Source of the DNA: Tubiluchus corallicola
Lineage: Eukaryota; Animalia; Priapulida
Assembly: GCA_030141605.1 (NCBI GenBank)
Contig: JAQGDQ010002200.1
Span: 1-9,346 of the forward strand
Direction of reading: 5' to 3'
Length of the DNA: 9,346 bases
In this document: positions 1-8,514 of the stretch, in pieces
Layout of the letters: each line of letters opens with the position of its first letter
Numbering within the stretch: the stretch's first letter is position 1
Notes under the pieces: generated by a model
Database searches by the model: none
The model's input: the letters and a program-made list of their open reading frames with translations, nothing else
What the model was told of the DNA's origin: nothing
Position numbers and translations under genes: made by a program

Positions 1-301
1 ATGATGATATTTTGGTTGCGGAGGCATCTTCCCTCTGAATGAGGAAAATAGGAATGAGATTGACTCCGGACAGCCACCTATCCATTTACTGAATATACTC
101 AGCTTTGCTTAACTTGAATCACATAGCCACGCGCTGTGACACTTCCGTTGTTTTCCTCGTCGGGAAGTTGATTCGAAGAAACCCTGCTAAGGTTCTTATG
201 TTGTAATGGTTTTCTTACTCAGCCTTCGTTTATAGACAATTGGGTTGTAATGTTGTAAAATTTGTGCAGATATTTTACCCATATCCGCGTAAGGAAGCCA
301 T

Positions 302-307
302 TTTATT
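302..307 (-). promoter_or_regulatory. Candidate polyadenylation signal AATAAA
   Basis: tttatt on + strand = AATAAA on minus, about 95 nt downstream of the predicted stop at 400. The hexamer is common in AT-rich DNA. Confidence 0.3.
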
Positions 308-399
308 TGAAATGCCGTACAGAGTTGGCTTCGATGAAGTTGGAACAATAATTGTCTAATTTTCGCGATCTAAGCTGTCAAATAAACATTTTCTGCTCG

Positions 400-502
400 T
401 CAAAACCGCACGGCGGACATTTTGCGTGTTTTTAAACGGCACTTAAACGCCGCCTGGCGCCGGGCGAGCGAGTTAAACATCGTGGAAACGATTCGGTCAG
501 CC
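400..502 (-). CDS. Predicted terminal coding exon of the same gene: (G)ADRIVSTMFNSLARRQAAFKCRLKTRKMSAVRF*
   Basis: Minus-strand acceptor gggttttccttgttcgtAG|G (AG at 504-503). Phase matches the upstream phase-2 donor (GG|G = Gly), then 33 sense codons to TGA at 402-400. Locally GC-rich island in AT-rich context. Spliced CDS 602+103=705 nt = 234 aa plus stop. Confidence 0.6.
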
Positions 503-802
503 CTACGAACAAGGAAAACCCAGTCGTTCTCGATACGTTGAAGTTTTATTGTTATAGGAATTTCAAGCTTTTACGGGACAATAAACTCATACAATCGTGG
601 TGAAATATTGAACAAATGGCGCACCGCACGCGAGATGTTTTTACTAAATTCCTACTCACGACTGGTAAATAATAAATTGGCAGCAGTAATATTTTATGAA
701 GCAGGTTGACCAGGCTAAGCTTAACAATGTTAGACTGGTACGCCGTGTAATTTTTGGTGCAGTTACGATACCTTCTTCTTATAATTTTCCATATCAATTA
801 TT

Positions 803-810
803 ATCAATCG

Positions 811-888
<78 letters not shown>

Positions 889-1036
889 TCAATAATAATC
901 AATCAAACAGTCATTACATTGTAGTACATTGTCATTCAGTCAGTCATCAGTAGTCAGCCAGTCATTCAGTCAGTAGTCGTCATACAGTAGTCGGTCAATC
1001 AGTCATTAAGTCAATATCAATCAGTCAATCATCATC

Positions 1037-1087
<51 letters not shown>

Positions 1088-1144
1088 TCAATCAATCAGT
1101 CAAAGTCAATACAATCAATCAATAATTAATTAATTAATTAACTA

Positions 1145-1235
<91 letters not shown>

Positions 1236-1243
1236 TTCATCAA
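803..1243. repeat. Compound (TCAA)n microsatellite with degenerate (TCAG)n interior
   Basis: Pure TCAA runs at about 811-888, 1037-1073 and 1145-1234, separated by tcagtcag/tcattcag variants. Confidence 0.97.
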
Positions 1244-1541
1244 TGTAATATTATGTTATTTCCTCAAAACAGTTCAAACGGGGGTCAGATAATGAGTTTT
1301 CCGACCCCTAAGCTAATGAAAGTATGCCCCCCCCTGCTAGACGGCCCTAGGCTACAGTTTAAATTGGTTTATAAGATAATTCGGTTCTGATTAAAGGATA
1401 AAAAATAAAGAAACCTACGATTTTTCATGATAGAAAGCTATCATGAACGTTATAGTAATTAAAAAATTTTAAGCAAACATTGTACGGATGCTGATATTGG
1501 AAATATGTCTGTAGTAAATGAAGACAGGATGATTTCTCTTA

Positions 1542-2039
1542 TACTACCCCAAGTCCAGGAAAAGTATATATTTTAACACAACTAATACTGCAAAAGCGTT
1601 TCTGATAATTAAATAATAGATTAAAAACTTAGTTAACAGCGGGCTAGCCCAAGAATTAATGACATCACAAACTAACATAATTATCAACAGCAAAAATATT
1701 TCATGAGCATGTTGCACGTGTTTGCGAAAGAGAAAATTGAAGTACAGTGCTACTGTAAGATATTCAGTGTGTTGTACTAAAACTAGGCAAGTTTTAAGAT
1801 AAAAATTCACACTTCAAATTTACTGCTGTACACACGCATGAGCTGTCGAACGTGTGCAGTTCGTCACAAACTAACACATTTGAACTGAGAGACACGCATT
1901 TGTTTTTTGTCCAATACGTTTCTGAAATGCAGTTGCTAGTACCCATCTAACTAGTGAATGGCGAAATACATGCAACAGCGAAGAACTAGTGGCGCGAACG
2001 TGTGGTAATGATTCTATTTTTGAAAAAATAGTATGTTTC
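1542..2039 (+). mobile_element. Unclassified dispersed repeat, copy A (most complete)
   Basis: Aligns by eye with 3861-4299 (same orientation) and 8602-9009 (inverted). Shared blocks include ctgataattaaataatagattaaaaactt, gttcgtcacaaactaacaca and gaactagtggcgcgaacg. No TIR, TSD or conserved ORF found. Confidence 0.85.
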
Positions 2040-2045
2040 ATCACT

Positions 2046-2094
2046 TAGTCCTCGCTTAACGACGCTCCATTAGCGACATTTTGCTTTAACAACC
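2046..2094 (+). mobile_element. Possible Tigger/pogo-like transposon end (one side only)
   Basis: tagtcctcgcttaacgac followed by related motifs (attagcgac, gctttaacaac). Resembles Tigger-type termini from memory. No matching inverted end in the window. Confidence 0.35.
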
Positions 2095-2120
2095 TTTAAT
2101 ATTTGACACCTTTTCTTCAC

Positions 2121-2290
2121 TTAACGACACACGTTTCGTTTTAACGACATACGTTTCGTTTTAACGACACACGATTCGTTTTAACGACATACGTTTCGTT
2201 TTAACGACACACGTTTCGTTTTAACGACATACACGTTTCGTTTTAACGACACACGTATCGTTTTAACGACACACGTTTCGTTTTAACGAC
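2121..2290. repeat. 20-bp minisatellite, consensus TTAACGACAYACGTTTCGTT, 8 full units plus a partial
   Basis: Units start at 2121, 2141, 2161, 2181, 2201, 2221 (22 bp), 2243, 2263 and 2283 (partial). Head-to-tail with no spacers. Confidence 0.97.
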
Positions 2291-2516
2291 GATTTTTACA
2301 CTTTCTTCAAAGTCCAATTTTTTATTTCATCAACAACATTTCCGTCTAATTTGAAGCAATGAAGCTGCAGTTCTTGCATTATTCTGCTCTAATGCTGTAC
2401 CAGTGAATCAAGATTGCTATGTGTCAAGAAACCAGTGGTCACATGAATGATTGGTCAACTTTAACGACCCAAAATTACATCAGATTAAAGATCGCCATTG
2501 CAAAACATTAACTCAC

Positions 2517-3118
2517 CCGATAAATAACTTCATAGCATCTTCAGTGGCATGTTGCTTGTACTCCTCTATTCCACAGGAGGCGCTCATCGACCTTCCCTTC
2601 TCGTCTTTGAGTTTTACCGCGGGGGCGGACCTACCGTTCTCGACTATGTGATAGCACCCTGTATTAGTATGAACACACGGTAAGCTATTAGACATGCCCC
2701 TGTCGTTTAGTTTCACGTGACTAAGACGCCGAAGTTCGGGTCGGCGGAATTCTCCGGTTTCTTTGTACTTGTACACAAAATACGAGGCACCGCAACAGAG
2801 GGCGCCTAGGGCGCATAAGGTAGGTCCTAAAATTTTGTACAAGTTTATGCCACTAGATGTCACTGGGAACACGTATCCCATGCAGCTGAGCAAAACCACG
2901 GCGAGACCTGCGCAGAGTAGCAGGACACCAGGGAAAATCATATAGGAAGCGATCTTATGGTAATACAGGATTTCCGGCGTTTGTTTCGCTTTTTGTTTAA
3001 CTCGAAAGAGGCGCCGCACAGTCCTCTCTTTTTCTTGTTGCACCTCCCAGTCCATGAGCCTACTAGCTGAGCGTCCACTTCTTCCCACTCCACCGCCTCC
3101 TCCTCCTCCAACATTCAT
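2517..3118 (-). CDS. Main coding exon of a two-transmembrane protein, PIRT/TMEM100-like architecture
   Basis: Non-repetitive ORF, visibly more GC-rich than its flanks. ATG has A at -3 (aacATGa) and an in-frame upstream TGA. Two hydrophobic segments (MIFPGVLLLCAGLAVVLLSCMGYVF and ILGPTLCALGALCCGASYFVY) are joined by a short loop, and the K-[IM]-[LV]-G-P-x-x-x-x-L-G start of TM2 resembles vertebrate PIRT as I recall it. The exon ends at a consensus donor GG|GTGAGT (GT at 2516-2515, phase 2). The family call is by eye, not from a search. Confidence 0.8.
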
Positions 3119-3181
3119 GTTATTGCTGTCAGTATCACAAAATGTTCAGTTGTTTCTAATATGGCTGAGCTTTGCTTGTAA

Positions 3182-3198
3182 CTGAAATGGAACAGATA
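3182..3198 (-). promoter_or_regulatory. Splice acceptor upstream of the start codon (implies an upstream non-coding exon)
   Basis: Minus strand tatctgttccatttcAG|ttacaag: strong pyrimidine tract plus TTTCAG, 63 nt upstream of the ATG at 3118. Confidence 0.55.
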
Positions 3199-3225
3199 CT
3201 ATAGTACTAGTTATTAGTATCGATA

Positions 3226-3305
3226 AGAAATTTTTAATTTCATACAAACTTTAGCAGCAGCTCGGGTCACGACCGAATACAGAGAGAGAGGGAGAGAGAG
3301 AGAGG

Positions 3306-3361
<56 letters not shown>

Positions 3362-3410
3362 GAGAGAGGAGAGAGAGAAAGAGAGAGAGAGAGAAAGCGA
3401 GAGGAAGAGA

Positions 3411-3446
<36 letters not shown>

Positions 3447-3471
3447 GAGAGAGGGAGAGAGAGAGAGAGAA

Positions 3472-3512
<41 letters not shown>

Positions 3513-3604
3513 AACAGAGAGAGAGGGAGAGAGGGGGGAGGAAGAGAGAGGGAGGGAAGGAGAGAAGTTTTTAGTTTTATACAAACTTTAGCAGCAGCTC
3601 AGGT
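3226..3604 (+). repeat. 42-bp direct repeat pair (3226-3267 and 3563-3604) bracketing the (GA)n tract
   Basis: agaaatttttaatttcatacaaactttagcagcagctcgggt vs agaagtttttagttttatacaaactttagcagcagctcaggt: 38/42 identical with a 22-bp exact core. Confidence 0.92.
3281..3566. repeat. Imperfect (GA)n polypurine microsatellite
   Basis: Almost purely purine tract of about 285 nt. Confidence 0.98.
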
Positions 3605-3675
3605 ACACAGGCCAAGGGGATTCTGAACTTTTAAAATAAACTGACTAATTTATGTTACTTGGCATTAATTAATTT

Positions 3676-3855
3676 GATAATGATAATAACAATAATGATG
3701 ATGATGATGATGACGATGACGATGACGATAACGATAACGATAACGATAACGATAACGATAACGATAACGATAACGATAACGATAACGATAACGATAACGA
3801 TAACGATAACAATAACAATAACAATAATAATAATAATAATAATAATAACAATAAT
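3676..3855. repeat. Compound microsatellite (GAT)n-(GATGAC)3-(GATAAC)14-(AATAAC)2-(AAT)n
   Basis: Read directly; the GATAAC block spans 3727-3810. Confidence 0.97.
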
Positions 3856-3860
3856 TCATG

Positions 3861-4299
3861 TACTACCCCATTTTCAAGTACGGTGAAACGTATACATTTT
3901 AACACCAATAATACTGTAAAAGGGTTTCTGATAATTAAATAATAGATTAAAAACTTAATTAACGGCGAGCGAGCCCAACTATTGATGACATCACCAACTA
4001 ACATAATTTTCAACAGAATTTAAGTCAAAACTTTAGATTTCAGATTTAGCGCTGTATACGCGCATAAGCTATCGAACATGTGTAGTTCGTCACAAACTAA
4101 CACATCTGAACTAAGAACACATCACCTCTGTTTTTGTGCAATGCATTTCCGAAATGCAGGTGCTAGTGCCCGTCTAACTAACGAATAGCGAAATGTACAT
4201 AACAGCAAAGAACTAGTGGCGCGAACGTGAAATTCTGTTTCTGTGGTAATAATTCTTTCACGTAAGTCATTCTTGAAAAAATAGTATGTTTCCTTTCAA
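3861..4299 (+). mobile_element. Unclassified dispersed repeat, copy B
   Basis: Begins with the same tactacccc as copy A. Lacks about 100 bp equivalent to A ~1691-1790. Ends gaaaaaatagtatgtttcctttcaa. Confidence 0.85.
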
Positions 4300-4379
4300 C
4301 CTTTTAAAGAGTAGATTGTTTCGACTTGCACTTTAAGATTGGGCCCGGTTTTGCTTTAACGCGCAGAGTTCTTTAACAC

Positions 4380-4453
4380 CAAACACTGTAACAGCAACGC
4401 ACGCACGCATTTCAAACACGGTAACAGTAATGCACGCACGCATTCCAAACACG
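4380..4453. repeat. 33-bp tandem duplication (about 2.2 copies)
   Basis: caaacactgtaacagcaacgcacgcacgcattt / caaacacggtaacagtaatgcacgcacgcattc / caaacacg starting at 4380, 4413 and 4446. Confidence 0.9.
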
Positions 4454-4658
4454 TCAGATTTAAACTAATTTCCTCTGCCCAGTCTGACGCACTTTAAACA
4501 GAGCAACGTCAGTCTTTCTTTCGCAATGCGCCTTGTTCCGCTCTTGTGTTTACTAATTCATGCTCTTTTACAATTACAGCAAAAAACATGGCTTCCCTTT
4601 ACTGCCGGGGTGGTTTCCCGAAAATCGAATGCACGTGGGAAAACACGGGAGGTTAATT

Positions 4659-5116
<458 letters not shown>

Positions 5117-5338
5117 AAACACGAGCATAATTACTCACTGTGCCCTAACACCACATATCTGTACGCTTTTCCTAGTTATAATAAGAAGTCTGTAGTCTAA
5201 ACACGTAAACAACTTTGTTTTTAGATAGAAACCTGTTTACCCGGAAGCCATTGTTGTTGACGTGCGGGCGATAAATATCAACAATATTTTTTTATTCTTC
5301 AAATTAAGCTGGCAATTAACGACCTCATTATATATATA

Positions 5339-5382
5339 TGCTGCTGCTGTTGCGGTTGTTGTTGCTGCTGTTGCTGTTGCGG

Positions 5383-5416
<34 letters not shown>

Positions 5417-5867
5417 GGTTGTTGCTGTTGCGGTTGTTGTTGTTGTTGCTGTTGCGGTTGTTGTTGCTGTGTTTGTTGTTGCTGTTGCTGTTGCTATTGT
5501 TGTTGCTGCTGTTGCTGTTGCGGTTGTTGTTGTTGTTGTTGCTGTTGCTGTTGCTATTGCTGTTGCTGCTGTTGCTGTTGCGGTTGTTGTTGTGGTTGTT
5601 GCTGTTGCTGTTGCGGTTGTTGTTGTTGCTGTTGCTGTTGCTGTTGCGGTTGTTGTTGTGGTTGTTGCTGTTGCTGTTGCGGTTGTTGTTGTTGCTGTTG
5701 CGGTTGTTGTTGCTGCTGTTGCTGTTGCGGTTGTTGTTGTTGTTGTTGTGGTTGTTGCGGTTGTTGTTGCTGTGTTTGTTGTTGCTGTTGCTGTTGCTAT
5801 TGCTGTTGCTGCTGTTGCGGTTGTTGCTGTTGCTCTGTTGTTGTTGCTGTTGCTGTTGCTGTTGTTG
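5339..5867. repeat. Complex (GTT/GCT/GCG)n trinucleotide tract with higher-order structure
   Basis: Recurrent gctgttgcggttgtt subunit. A distinctive block containing gctgtgtttgtt...gctatt recurs at 5454 and 5757 (303 bp apart). Confidence 0.97.
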
Positions 5868-6456
5868 TTTCAGTGTCAATAAAGCATCATATAAGCCAGA
5901 TGACAGAGTGTCCACAGACTTCAGATGCTCCCTAATTCGTGACTAACTCCTAAATCATTTTTTCGTTAGCTTTGAGGTCAGCTTCACCGAGTAACTCGCT
6001 AAGTAACTCACAAGCGCGTTCAGACTAGAGAGCAAGGCGTGTTGCGAGTTACTCCCCGACAGCGCAAACTTTGGCCTACAGTTTTGTCATCAGTTACTGG
6101 AAATGCTGTTGTTGTTGCTGCTATTGCTGTTGCTGTTGCTGCTGCTGCTGTCATTGTTGCTGCTGCTGTTGCTGTTGTTGTTTCAGTGTCAATAAAGCAT
6201 CATATAAGCCAGATGACAGAGTGTCCACAGACTTCAGATGCTCCCTAATTCGTGACTAACTCCTAAATCATTTTTTCGTTAGCTTTGAGGTCAGCTGCAC
6301 CGAGTAACTCGCTAAGTAACTCACAAGTGTGTTCAGACTAGAGAGCAAGACTTGTTGCGAGTTACTCTCTGACAGTGCAAACTTTGGCCTACAGTTTTGT
6401 CAGCAGTTACTGGAAATGCTGTTGTCGTTGCTGCTGCTGCTGCTGCTGCTGTTACT

Positions 6457-6524
<68 letters not shown>

Positions 6525-6664
6525 TGCTGCTGTTACTGTTGCTGTTGTTGTTTCAGTGTCAGTAAAGTATCATATAGGCCAGATGACAGAGTGTCCACAG
6601 ACTTCAGATGCTCCCTACTTCGTGACTACTTCGTGACTTCGTGACTACTAGAAATGCTGTTGTT
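5868..6664. repeat. Tandem array of a 237-bp unit separated by variable-length (GTT/GCT)n tracts
   Basis: Unit tttcagtgtc...actggaaat at 5868-6104 and 6181-6417, and an internally deleted third copy from 6551. Intervening triplet tracts are 76 and 133 nt. Confidence 0.95.
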
Positions 6665-6964
6665 AATCTAATGCACGTAATTGCAATAATGATTACTTTC
6701 TGTATACAACCAGCACAACTAAAATGCCAAAATAAACAATTTAGTTGTCTAATGGATTATATATAGATTTTACTATTATATCAGCAATTCAAACAACATC
6801 AGCATAAAATTCACAGTAAGAGAAGCAGAACTCAACAAAACTCTAATCAGCAGAGGAGAAATTCGATTTTCATCCATTGGAAATTTACAAGTTTTCATGG
6901 TGAGTGAATAATAAAATGGAGTTTTCATGGTGCTCCTCCACCTCTTCCTCCTATTCCGGGTTTT

Positions 6965-7357
6965 TTAAGGGAAAACAGGACGATTGTGTAAACATTAGTT
7001 CAGAATAAAGAATGCTGTAAAATATTGAAAACGGCATTGGGCTGCTAATCCAAAGATGGTTAGCTTAAATACAGTCTCGACTAATCTTTTTAACACTACT
7101 CTGCTTTTTTTCGTTTTGACCAAAGGCGGGCCCGGATTTTGACCTCAGTGAAAAGATTATGTTACTCCAAACATGTGTAATTCAGGACAAAGACAATACT
7201 GTAAAACGAAACTGTATTTTTCGAAATAAAAAAAATATTTTTCGAAACGAAGTAAGATTTATTAACAATAAATGCTAGGGCATCAGCTTTACATTGCATA
7301 CATTGCGCAATATATTAGATTTAAAGGAAAACCGGATGATTGTGTAAACATTAGTTC
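6965..7357 (+). repeat. 37-bp direct repeat pair (6965-7001 and 7321-7357)
   Basis: ttaagggaaaacaggacgattgtgtaaacattagttc vs ttaaaggaaaaccggatgattgtgtaaacattagttc, 34/37 identical. Confidence 0.88.
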
Positions 7358-7609
7358 CGTGAATAATATTCTCTCAAGCATGGGCCATAATCGTAATGAC
7401 ATAGTAGCTAAAACTCTGATCAATACATATTGTCCACCCATTTTGTTATACGGATGCGAAATTGGGGGTATATCAAACAATGAAGTTAATGCCATTAGGG
7501 TAAAATGGAACACTTCTTATAGAAAAATATTCGGTTTTAGACAAAATGAAAGCGTCAAATTGTTAATGTATTTTTGTGGCACAATGCCTGCGAATTATTT
7601 AATGGTTAG

Positions 7610-8036
7610 TAGGGGTGAGCATTCTCTACCAGAAAGCGAATTCGAATCGAACCGAATTTGTGACTTTCGAATTCGAATCGAACCGAACTTCAGTGTTTCG
7701 AATTCGAACCGAATTCGAATTCAGACCGAAAGATTTTTCGAACAAGTTTTCGAACCACCAGTAAAAATTAGTCTTACAAAGGTCATGCATATCACTAGAT
7801 TTTGCTCTGCAATAAAACGACTAGTAATTTGTTTAAAATTGAGCACAGAAATCACAGCTAAATTATTCTAATTGCATGATGTTTCAATCGTTTTAGTAAT
7901 AAAGAACATGTGTGATTGAAGTGCTGAATTATTCGAATCTATAGTTTTGGATTCGAATCGAGTTCGAACTAAAAAAACTCGTTCGAATCGAATTCGAGCG
8001 TTCGAATTCGATTCGAACGTTCGATGCTCACCCCTA
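7610..8036. mobile_element. Non-autonomous hAT-type DNA transposon (MITE), 427 bp
   Basis: Perfect 13-bp TIRs TAGGGGTGAGCAT (7610-7622) and ATGCTCACCCCTA (8024-8036), with perfect 8-bp TSD ATGGTTAG (7602-7609 and 8037-8044). TTCGAA motifs cluster subterminally. An 8-bp TSD with short TIRs is the hAT signature. Confidence 0.92.
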
Positions 8037-8400
8037 ATGGTTAGTCGAAAATTAAATTTTGTGAGAAAAATTGTAAACTCTTGCAACATTGAGAATTCCA
8101 AAGCTATGCTACTATGTAAATAACAGTCAAGTAAATTTAAGATTTAAATATGGTTGTACTGTAGATCTAAACGAAAATGTAAAATTAAAGGTTAAGAACT
8201 CATTTAAAGACTATGTTTTAAGATATCTATTATAGCTCCTTACAACACTGTATACTGTAATATAATTACAAGGGAACTACAATGTGTGGTTATTATAAAG
8301 TTGAATGTCTGTAGATATGTTACTTTACTAACATCGCACTACCTGTTTTACTAACATCTTTATCTTTGTAAACTGTATGTTTTCATATGAAATAAACTCA

Positions 8401-8474
8401 TAATAATAATAATTATAATAATAAATAATAATAATAATAATAATAATCACAATAATAGTAATAATAATAATAAC

Positions 8475-8512
<38 letters not shown>

Positions 8513-8514
8513 TA

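Larger units (their letters stand above)
503..2516 (-). other. Predicted 2014-nt GT-AG intron
   Basis: GTGAGT donor at 2516-2511 and pyrimidine-rich TAG acceptor ending at 503. The interior holds microsatellites, a dispersed repeat and a minisatellite. Confidence 0.6.

Noticed and set aside
99-184. Alternative phase-compatible minus-strand exon (VSSNQLPDEENNGSVTARGYVIQVKQS*) after ttagcAG
   Set aside because: The acceptor lacks a pyrimidine tract and lies beyond the much better acceptor at 503; it cannot be fully excluded without RNA data.
455-476. TTAA-CTCGCTCGCCC as a piggyBac-like terminus (also TTAA-CCTCCCG near 4646-4656)
   Set aside because: No matching inverted end for either; the first is better explained as part of the predicted terminal exon.
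552-953. ORFs 552-797 (-) and 696-953 (+)
   Set aside because: Short, no recognisable motifs, inside the predicted intron; the second runs through (TCAA)n.
1280-1350. GC-rich hairpin (ggggtcaga / tccgacccc) and MITE-like end gcccccccctgctagacggccct
   Set aside because: Only one putative end, with no partner TIR or TSD in the window; too short to support a call.
2121-2290. CRISPR-like appearance of short regular repeats
   Set aside because: Units are head-to-tail with no unique spacers, no cas genes are present and the context is eukaryotic.
1544-4013. Similar peptides (DVINSWA..PL.KFLIYYLIIRN) in ORFs 1544-1810 and 3669-4013
   Set aside because: Explained by DNA-level homology of repeat copies A and B; indels among copies do not preserve a common long frame.
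5262-5946. Three ~200-aa ORFs (poly-V/A, poly-N/Q, poly-L/C)
   Set aside because: They are translations of a stop-free triplet tract, open in several frames on both strands, with no unique coding content.
5868-6644. Repeated peptide FSVNKASYKPDDRVSTDFRCSLIRD and poly-Cys ORFs as a peptide gene family
   Set aside because: It simply reflects the tandem DNA unit; stops follow quickly and the poly-Cys comes from (TGC/TGT)n.
6785-6899. Possible plus-strand exon between tatcAG and G|GTGAGT with one open frame
   Set aside because: Short, no recognisable protein similarity, no partner exons, and the donor lies within a 13-bp local direct repeat (agttttcatggtg at 6890 and 6920).
7272-7871. 199-aa ORF as a host gene
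   Set aside because: Chimera of flanking DNA, LINE ORF2 remnant and read-through into the MITE.
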